NCBI GenBank assembly: GCA_038208905.1
Contig: JBBQYG010000122.1
Location: 1-12,613 of the forward strand
From: Candidatus Sumerlaeia bacterium
GTDB lineage: Bacteria > Sumerlaeota > Sumerlaeia > SLMS01
Reading direction: 5' to 3'
Length of the DNA: 12,613 bases
Numbering within the stretch: the first letter of the stretch is position 1; every line of letters starts with the position of its first letter. Below, piece after piece: positions 1-6,106 of this stretch. The notes beneath the pieces were generated by a model. The model worked only from the letters and a program-made list of their open reading frames with translations, was not told the origin of the DNA and did not search any database. Both the position numbers and the translations under genes were made by a program.

Positions 1-143
1 GCGCTGGGGGGATTTGGGACCACCACCGACCGACCCCCGCGAACCATGATCTGGTGCTTTCCCCCCGAATAGGGACCATCGAAACCCAGGCGCCTTAACG
101 CGGCGATCAGTTCGCGTCGCTTGATCGGCCCCCAATTTGGCAC
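1..143 (-). CDS. hicA: HicA-family mRNA interferase toxin (3' end outside window)
   Basis: Not in the ORF track; translated by hand from GTG at 143-141, which overlaps the hicB stop (TAGTG): MPNWGPIKRRELIAALRRLGFDGPYSGGKHQIMVRGGRSVVVPNPPS... Shows the HicA pattern (ELIxxLxxxGF, G-x-H with the putative catalytic His, VxVP) and lies directly downstream of a HicB-like gene. Confidence 0.88.
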   Translation of the reverse strand, partial: MPNWGPIKRRELIAALRRLGFDGPYSGGKHQIMVRGGRSVVVPNPPS

Positions 144-385
144 TAGCCCACTTCCTGGATCCGCAACTCGATCCCATCCACGACGGGAATGGGAAGCTGG
201 CGCGAGACTCTCAAGAGAATCCACTCCTCCAGCACTTCGCGCAACTGCTCCCGGCATTCTGATTCAGCGGGTGCGTTGGACAGGACACCATCGAATCCCG
301 GAATCTCGCCATAGAAGCCCTCCGTGTTGCCGAGGTCTTCGAAGGTGGCTTTCTCCATCGCTTTTTCGACGTATTCGATGATCAA
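143..385 (-). CDS. hicB: Short HicB-family antitoxin (partial RNase H-like domain only, 80 aa)
   Basis: MIIEYVEKAMEKATFEDL...FYGEIPGFDGV...CREQLREVLEEWILLRVSRQLPIPVVDG resembles the short HicB/UPF0150-type pattern. Acidic protein, TTG start with GAGAGGT Shine-Dalgarno at 394-400 on the minus strand, translationally coupled to hicA. Confidence 0.88.
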   Translation of the reverse strand: MIIEYVEKAMEKATFEDLGNTEGFYGEIPGFDGVLSNAPAESECREQLREVLEEWILLRVSRQLPIPVVDGIELRIQEVG

Positions 386-416
386 GGGCGGTTACCTCTC
401 AACGGCTGATGGAAAT

Positions 417-447
417 AGAATACACCGCTGGCCATCCATCCTGTCCA
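417..447 (-). promoter_or_regulatory. Possible sigma70-type promoter for hicBA
   Basis: Minus strand TGGACA-N19-TATTCT (-10 at 417-422) in the 65-nt gap, upstream of the hicB RBS. Spacing is non-optimal. Confidence 0.3.
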
Positions 448-450
448 CCG

Positions 451-1884
451 TTAAACAATCCGAAACGCATCCACCAGCGTACACCGCCGCTTTCGCGTGA
501 ACGTCCGCGCGGTGGTGATGCCCTCCCCCGTCGGGGAGGCGATGGAGTAGGAGATGTAGCCCTCTCCGCCCACGGCGAGGCCGGCGATGGAGGGGCCGTT
601 CTTCACGAAGATCGAGCAGTCGCACAGGCGCGCCATCTTGCTCAGGCTTGGCAGGTGGGTGGAGTGCATCACCGCCGTGTGGCGATAGCCGTGCTCCGCC
701 TCCAGCGCCATGGCGATCGCCGTGTCCACGTCGGGCACGCGGACGAAGGGCATGAAGGGCATCATCTGCTCCTCCTGGACCCAGATGTTGTTGGGTCCCT
801 CGACTTCTCCGAAGAGCAATGGCACGCCGTCGCCGAGGCCGTTGATGCCGATGGCCTCCGCCAAAACGCGCGCGTTGCGGCCCACGAAGTTGCGGCTGAC
901 CATCAGGTGGCCGTCCTTGCGCTCGAAGGCCTTCATTGCCAGCGCGTCGGATTCCTTTCCGCTCAGGCGGACGCAGCCCTGCTTCTCCATCTCGCGCATC
1001 AGCTCGTCAAAGACGGAGGCCACGCAGAAGACCTCCTTCTCCCCGATGCAGAGGATGTTGTTATCGAACCCGCCGCCCTCGATGATCGAGCGCGCCGCGC
1101 GGGGGATGTCTGCCGTTTGGTCAACCACCACGGGGGGATTGCCGGGTCCGGCGGTGATGGCCTTCTTGGGCACGGCGAGCGCCGCCGCCACCACGCCGGG
1201 TCCGCCCGTGACCAGGATCAGTCGGACGAGGGGATGGCGGAACATATCGTTGGCCGATTCGATCGTTGGATCGGCGATGGCGGCGATCAGGTTGGGCGGC
1301 GCGCCGGCCGCCATCATCTCGCGGTTGAGCGTTGCCACCGCCTCCGCAAAGACGCGCTTTCCCGCGGGGTGGGGATTGAAGACCGCCGTGTTTCCACCGG
1401 CCAGGAGGCTGATGCTGTTGTTGATCAGCGTCGGCACGGGATGCGTGCTGGGGGTGACGGCGGCGATCAGGCCATAGGGCGCCATCTCCTCGATCACCAG
1501 CCCGTTGTCGCCGGACTTCGCCCACGTCGTCAGGTCCTCGGTGCCGCGCGTGCCATCGCAAACGCTGTTGAACTTGCGGACCTTGTGATCGGCGCGGCCC
1601 ATGCCGGTTTCCTTCACCGTCTCCGGCGCCCACTTGTGCTTGAACTGGTGCCCGGTCCGCCGGATCGCGGCGATCACGCGCTCGCGCTGGGCGACGGTAT
1701 GGTCGCGCCACGCTCGGCTGGATTCATGCGCGGCCTTCGCCGCGTCGTCCATGCGCTCAAAAACCCCCAGCGCGGGGCTGGGGCTGGCGGGCGTTGCAGA
1801 GGCGGCCGACGCGGGCGCCTCGCCCCCCGACATCATCCGCCGGACGACTTCCTGCACGACGGTCTCGATCTGGTCCTTCTCCAT
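451..1884 (-). CDS. Bacterial-microcompartment-type CoA-acylating aldehyde dehydrogenase (EutE/PduP family) with N-terminal encapsulation peptide
   Basis: 477 aa. Motifs: ETGMGR, PYGLIAAVTPSTHP, FNPHP, VTGGPGVV, AGPGNPPVVVD, FDNNILC (catalytic Cys) IGEKE, EQMMP, HGYRHTAVMHS, GGEGYISYSIASPTGEG, FTRKRRC. The N-terminus MEKDQIETVVQEVVRRMM is an amphipathic helix followed by an A/P/S-rich linker. Confidence 0.93.
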   Translation of the reverse strand: MEKDQIETVVQEVVRRMMSGGEAPASAASATPASPSPALGVFERMDDAAKAAHESSRAWRDHTVAQRERVIAAIRRTGHQFKHKWAPETVKETGMGRADHKVRKFNSVCDGTRGTEDLTTWAKSGDNGLVIEEMAPYGLIAAVTPSTHPVPTLINNSISLLAGGNTAVFNPHPAGKRVFAEAVATLNREMMAAGAPPNLIAAIADPTIESANDMFRHPLVRLILVTGGPGVVAAALAVPKKAITAGPGNPPVVVDQTADIPRAARSIIEGGGFDNNILCIGEKEVFCVASVFDELMREMEKQGCVRLSGKESDALAMKAFERKDGHLMVSRNFVGRNARVLAEAIGINGLGDGVPLLFGEVEGPNNIWVQEEQMMPFMPFVRVPDVDTAIAMALEAEHGYRHTAVMHSTHLPSLSKMARLCDCSIFVKNGPSIAGLAVGGEGYISYSIASPTGEGITTARTFTRKRRCTLVDAFRIV

Positions 1885-2010
1885 AGGGCGCGCGGTCGAT
1901 TCGATGGGCTGGGCGACACAATCAAGAGGGTCAAAGCGGGGGCGGGAATCCTCAAGCGGAAAGGCGGCAACAGCCGGGGCGGCGGGAAAGGCGGAGCTTG
2001 GCGATATTCC

Positions 2011-2029
2011 TCACGGGGATTGCCCGTGA
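2011..2029. promoter_or_regulatory. Perfect 7-bp inverted repeat TCACGGG-N5-CCCGTGA in the divergent intergenic region (possible operator or hairpin)
   Basis: Read directly: tcacggg gattg cccgtga. Lies between the divergent aldehyde dehydrogenase and PilZ-like starts. Function unknown. Confidence 0.35.
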
Positions 2030-2165
2030 ATCGGGGCGGGGTAACCCTGATTCCTATCGTAGACCTCCAGAATTCTTGACTCAGGGCGCCATGTCGGGCT
2101 TCCTCTTTCACGTAGGCCACAATCGCCCTCCCCGACGATACCCGCCGCAAAGGAGCCTCCCACCC

Positions 2166-2522
2166 ATGCATCCAATCACCCAGAGCGCCGTCGTCTGCCT
2201 TCGCACCGCGGCCGGAAAACACCCGGTGGGATTCCCAGCCACTGTCTCCCGAATCACCCCGGGAGGCATCCGTCTCAGGGTGGATCACAACCCGGGCATC
2301 CCAGTCCATCTCCTGTTTCGCCTGAATCAGTTCGTCGACATTTTTCTCTCCATGCCCGGTCCCCGGGGGGAAGTCCATACCCGCGGCCTTCTTCAGGGCA
2401 TCGCCACCGAACTCGCCGGCGTGGACAACAACTCCATCCTGCTCGACCTCGACTTCCCCGCGTTTAGCCCAATGGAGGAAGAAGCGCTGAGGGATTCCAA
2501 TCCGTTGGCGGTGGTTTTTTGA
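2166..2522 (+). CDS. Small hypothetical protein, probable degenerate PilZ-like beta-barrel (118 aa)
   Basis: ATG at 2166 is in frame with track ORF 1998..2522 and follows AAAGGAG at about 2149-2155. ATVSRITPGGIRL resembles the PilZ [D/N]xSxxG strand, followed by beta-strands (VDIFLSMP, EVHTRGLL, LLDLDF) and a C-terminal helix (SPMEEEALRD). Alternative ATG at 2091. Confidence 0.6.
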   Translation: MHPITQSAVVCLRTAAGKHPVGFPATVSRITPGGIRLRVDHNPGIPVHLLFRLNQFVDIFLSMPGPRGEVHTRGLLQGIATELAGVDNNSILLDLDFPAFSPMEEEALRDSNPLAVVF

Positions 2523-2580
2523 AGCAGAATTGCCTTGGTTTTCATCTTAAGGATATTTCGGCATTCCAGCTTCTGTTTTT
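2521..2580 (+). terminator. Possible intrinsic terminator between convergent genes
   Basis: Imperfect stem GAAGC-AGAATTGCC ... GGCATTCCA-GCTTC followed by TGTTTTT in an AT-rich convergent gap. Confidence 0.3.
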
Positions 2581-2626
2581 CCTAATTGACGATTGACGCA
2601 ATCAGCCTTCCCCGCCGGGCTTTGTT

Positions 2627-3778
2627 TTAGTCGGTGAGCCCGGCCTCGCGGAGCGTTTCCCTCGCGCGGGTGCGCCAGGCCTGCGTGGCCTCGAACTCGG
2701 CATTGGGAGTTAGCGCCGCTGCGTTCGATTCCGCGAGTCGCTCCGTGATGATTCCGGCGATGTGCTCCGCGCCGGCGGGGCGGAGGTGGATCTCGTCCAG
2801 CAGCAGGTCGTCGACGGGCATCGGGTTGGCCCGGAGTTCCGTATAGACATCGAGCAGCGCGATGCCGTTGGCCTCGCAGAATTCGAGTAGCCGTTTCTGG
2901 GGCGCGAGCCGCGCGGGATCGGCGGACTCGAACTGGTAGCGCGTGGGGAAGGCGACCACGACGAGGGGGATGCCTTTCTCCCGGGCGAGGTCGCGCGTTG
3001 CGACGAGGTGGGAGAGCGCCTCCCGCCAGCCCTCGGCGATCTCCGGCGGCGGGGGATCGATGAACATGTTCCCGATCTGATAGACACCGGGCGGGGCGAT
3101 GCTCTTCAACTGGAATCGTATATACACGCTCTCGATCGCGCAGAAGGCCGCGCTATGGCGGACCAAATCCTTGAGCGGAGTCAGGAACGTGCGCTTGCCG
3201 AAGTAGCCGCTCGCGCCATAGCGCCGCATGTTCAGGTAAGGCTCATAGATGTCGTTCAGCACGAAGGACACCAAGATCAAGTCGGGCTTCGCCGCGAGGC
3301 CGCGATGACGCAGCAGGTGGTGGTAGGAGAACTGATTGTAGCCCTCCGCCGCCGCGTTGATCACGTGCCACTTGGCCCCCGGCGCGCGCGCGGCCAGGTC
3401 GTCCTCCATGTAGCGCGTCACGGTTTCATCCTGTGCCACGCGATAGCCAAAGACCACAGAGTCGCCGAGGAAGAGGATGCGTTTTTCGTTGGGTGCTTTC
3501 ACGGTGGGGAGCTCGGGGCTGCGAAAGCCGAGCGAGTTGGTCTTCACGAGTTGGTCGTTGGACCACACGGTCTCCGCGGAGGGGCGGAGTTCCCACTCCA
3601 TCTCCAGATCCGTGTCGCGATAGGGATTCGGCGGAAAGGGCTTCGCGCCCAGAAGCCGCGCGCCGCCCTCGATCGCGAGGAGCAGCGTCAGGAGAATCGC
3701 GCCGGAGAACAGGACCTTGCGCCGCGTGCCGATGCGGCGGCGGGGCCTCGCGCCTTCTGCCCGTTCCCCGTTACCCAT
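2627..3778 (-). CDS. Membrane-anchored SGNH/GDSL hydrolase-like protein (383 aa)
   Basis: The likely start is ATG at 3778 with a GGGAGGG RBS; the track ORF's upstream extension overlaps sxtJ. Arg-rich N-terminus, then a TM helix (VLFSGAILLTLLLAIEGGARLL) and NSLGFR. SGNH blocks: LGDSVVFG (I), NAAAEGY (II), FVLND (III), DEIH (V). Confidence 0.9.
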   Translation of the reverse strand: MGNGERAEGARPRRRIGTRRKVLFSGAILLTLLLAIEGGARLLGAKPFPPNPYRDTDLEMEWELRPSAETVWSNDQLVKTNSLGFRSPELPTVKAPNEKRILFLGDSVVFGYRVAQDETVTRYMEDDLAARAPGAKWHVINAAAEGYNQFSYHHLLRHRGLAAKPDLILVSFVLNDIYEPYLNMRRYGASGYFGKRTFLTPLKDLVRHSAAFCAIESVYIRFQLKSIAPPGVYQIGNMFIDPPPPEIAEGWREALSHLVATRDLAREKGIPLVVVAFPTRYQFESADPARLAPQKRLLEFCEANGIALLDVYTELRANPMPVDDLLLDEIHLRPAGAEHIAGIITERLAESNAAALTPNAEFEATQAWRTRARETLREAGLTD

Positions 3779-3792
3779 TCCCGATTCCCTCC

Positions 3793-4209
3793 CTAGAACT
3801 GCCTGAAATAGCGCGAGCGGTCCGCGGGTTCCTCGCGCGGCTCCCAGTATGTCGCGGCGGCGGGGTCTTTCTTCAGCTTCAGGGGATCCTTTCCCATCGC
3901 GCGCACCAGCCATCCGATCGGCGTGATCACCAGAAAGTAGGTGAACGCCAGGATCGTGTGGGAAATCACGAAGGCGATGGGAAACGTGAGGTATATCCAT
4001 CCGACAAACACGGGCCGCATCGCGCGCGGGCGCAGAATACCGACGACGCCAACGATGGTGAGCACCGCCACGATCACGGCGGCGGCAATCCACCAACCGT
4101 GGCGCCAAATCATCAGCGCGCCGAGCAGCAGCGAGAACGGCGGAAGGATCCACGCGAACTGGCGCAGGAGGCGCTCCGGCGGATTGCGGTCGATCTTGAG
4201 CAGTGCCAT
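3793..4209 (-). CDS. SxtJ-family membrane protein (138 aa)
   Basis: C-terminal part of track ORF 3793..5805. The ATG at 4209 overlaps the carbamoyltransferase stop (TGATG). Pattern: LRQFA, hydrophobic segments, W...PIAFVISHTILAFTYFLVITPIG, GKDPL, TYW...R, ending YFRQF. The position after an SxtI-like carbamoyltransferase is typical of this family. Confidence 0.87.
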   Translation of the reverse strand: MALLKIDRNPPERLLRQFAWILPPFSLLLGALMIWRHGWWIAAAVIVAVLTIVGVVGILRPRAMRPVFVGWIYLTFPIAFVISHTILAFTYFLVITPIGWLVRAMGKDPLKLKKDPAAATYWEPREEPADRSRYFRQF

Positions 4210-6044
4210 CAGTCGATCCCCGCCGTGGCCAGATACTTGTCGATGGCCTTCTGGTCCACCGCGCCCTGATCCTCCTTCAGCATCACGCAATCCTCCACCA
4301 CCAACACGTCCATGTGCGTCGCCATGAAGCAGCGATACGCGTCCTCCGGCGTGCAGACGATGGGCTCCCCGCGGATGTTGAAGCTGGTGTTGATGACGAT
4401 GGGACAGCCGGTCTTGCGCCCGAATGCCTCGATCAGTCGGCGGTATCGCGGGTGGGCGTTGTCGCCCACGGTCTGGATGCGGGCCGAGTTGTCCACGTGG
4501 GTCACGGCGGGGATGCTGGAGCGGATGCTCCTGAGCTTGTCGAGCCCGCGCAGCGCGGCGTCCTCGGGGCGCGGCGCGACAAGGTGCTCCGCGCGGACGT
4601 CGGCGACCTGAAGCATATACGCGCTGTCGTGGCGCGCGTCGATGTCGAACCACTCGGCGGAGCGCTCCCTGAGCACCGACGGCGCGAAGGGGCGGAACGA
4701 CTCGCGGAACTTGATCTTCAGGTTCATGGTCGACTGCATCTCGCGGTTGCGGGGATCGCCGATGATGCTGCGTCCACCCAGCGCGCGCGGACCGAACTCC
4801 ATGCGGCCCTGCACCCAGCCGACGACCTTGCCCGCGGCCAAAAGCTCCGCCACCCGCTCCACCAACTCGTCCTCGCCGTGGGTTGTATAGACAGCTCCCG
4901 CCGCGTCGAGCGACTTGCGCGCGCTCTCGGGCGAGGCGGAGTAGCCCAACATGCTGCCGCGCTGGGCATCGGGCTTCGCGGGAACCCGCGGCTTGCCGAG
5001 AAGCTGGTGCCAGATGAACAGCGCCGTCCCCAGCGCGCCGCCCGCGTCGCCGGCGGCGGGCTGGATCCAGACATTCTCGAAGGGGCCCTCGCGCAGGATC
5101 ACGCCGTTGGCGACGCAGTTGAGCGCGACGCCACCCGCCAGGCAAAGGTTCCGCGAGCCCGTCGCCTTGTGAGCGTGGCGCGCCAGGCGCAGCATCGCCT
5201 CCTCGGTCACGGCCTGGATGCTCGCGGCCAGGTCCATCTCGCGCTGGGTCATGGGGCTCTCGGGCTTGCGCGGCGGCCCGCCAAACAGTGCGTCGAACTT
5301 CGGCGACGTCATCGTCAGGCCCGTGTGGTAGTTGAAATAGCTCATGTCCAGCCGGAAGGATCCATCCGGTTTCAGTTCGATGAGCTTTTCCAGGATTACA
5401 TCGCGATAAATCGGCTCGCCGTATGGCGCCAGGCCCATCAGCTTGTACTCGCCGGAGTTCACCCGGAATCCGCAGAAGTAGGTGAACGCGGAGTAGAGCA
5501 GTCCCAGCGAGTGTGGGAACGAGATCGTGTGCGTCAGGAGCACGTTGTTGCCGCGTCCGTGGCCGAGGCTCGACGTGGCCCATTCGCCGACGCCGTCGAG
5601 CGTGAGGATCGCGGCCTCCTCGAATGGCGAGGGGAAGAACGCGCTGGCGGCATGGCTCTGGTGGTGCTCGGGATAGACGAAGCGCTTTGTATAGACGCCG
5701 CCCAGCGCCGCGCGCATCTCGCGGTTCAGGTGGAGCTTCTGCTGGAGCCACACCGGCAGCGCCATCAGGAACGCCTTGTATCCACGGGGCGCCACGCCGA
5801 CCCACGTGTCGATCAGGCGCTCAAACTTGACCAGCGGCTTCTCATAGAATCCCACCAGGTCCAGATCGCGTGCCGCGATGCCGGCCTCGGCCAGGCAATA
5901 CTTGATCGCGCGGCTCGGAAACGCGGCGTCGTGCTTGATGCGCGTGAAGGCTTCCTCCTGGGCCGCCGCCACAATTTCCCCGTCAACCACCAGGGCAGCG
6001 GCGGAGTCGTGGTAATAGGCTGAGATCCCGAGGATAGCGGTCAT
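4209..6044 (-). CDS. O-carbamoyltransferase, NodU/CmcH/TobZ family (SxtI-like subgroup), 611 aa
   Basis: ILGISAYYHDSAAAL, AQEE, EHHQSHAASAF (metal His pair), DGVGE, HSLGLLYS, GEYKLMGLAPYG, AGGVALNC, PAAGDAG, GRMEFGPRALG, KFRESFRPFAP, THVDNSARIQTV, NTSFN. No signal peptide. Confidence 0.96.
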   Translation of the reverse strand: MTAILGISAYYHDSAAALVVDGEIVAAAQEEAFTRIKHDAAFPSRAIKYCLAEAGIAARDLDLVGFYEKPLVKFERLIDTWVGVAPRGYKAFLMALPVWLQQKLHLNREMRAALGGVYTKRFVYPEHHQSHAASAFFPSPFEEAAILTLDGVGEWATSSLGHGRGNNVLLTHTISFPHSLGLLYSAFTYFCGFRVNSGEYKLMGLAPYGEPIYRDVILEKLIELKPDGSFRLDMSYFNYHTGLTMTSPKFDALFGGPPRKPESPMTQREMDLAASIQAVTEEAMLRLARHAHKATGSRNLCLAGGVALNCVANGVILREGPFENVWIQPAAGDAGGALGTALFIWHQLLGKPRVPAKPDAQRGSMLGYSASPESARKSLDAAGAVYTTHGEDELVERVAELLAAGKVVGWVQGRMEFGPRALGGRSIIGDPRNREMQSTMNLKIKFRESFRPFAPSVLRERSAEWFDIDARHDSAYMLQVADVRAEHLVAPRPEDAALRGLDKLRSIRSSIPAVTHVDNSARIQTVGDNAHPRYRRLIEAFGRKTGCPIVINTSFNIRGEPIVCTPEDAYRCFMATHMDVLVVEDCVMLKEDQGAVDQKAIDKYLATAGID

Positions 6045-6106
6045 GGCGAGTTGTCAGGCTTTCCCACGGGCGACGGGAACGGCAATGGAATCTTCCGGGG
6101 CCGGGA

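Noticed and set aside
1920..2000. c-di-GMP (GEMM) riboswitch upstream of the PilZ-like gene, suggested by GAAA/GGCAA words
   Set aside because: I could not build the two-stem GEMM architecture or its conserved core by eye. An Rfam scan would be needed.
3700..3778. Tat signal (TRRKVL) on the SGNH protein
   Set aside because: It lacks the consensus Phe and an obvious cleavage site. An Arg-rich positive-inside stretch before an uncleaved anchor is the simpler explanation, though Tat export is not fully excluded.
3779..5805. Track ORFs 2627..4153 and 3793..5805 suggesting long N-terminal extensions or fusions of SGNH and SxtJ
   Set aside because: The extensions overlap the neighbouring real genes in another frame and look like junk translation. 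Proper starts exist at 3778 (RBS) and 4209 (TGATG coupling).
3793..6044. Saxitoxin biosynthesis (sxtI/sxtJ homology)
   Set aside because: No sxtA, sxtG, sxtB or other core genes are in the window, and SxtI/J-like genes are widespread in non-toxic bacteria.
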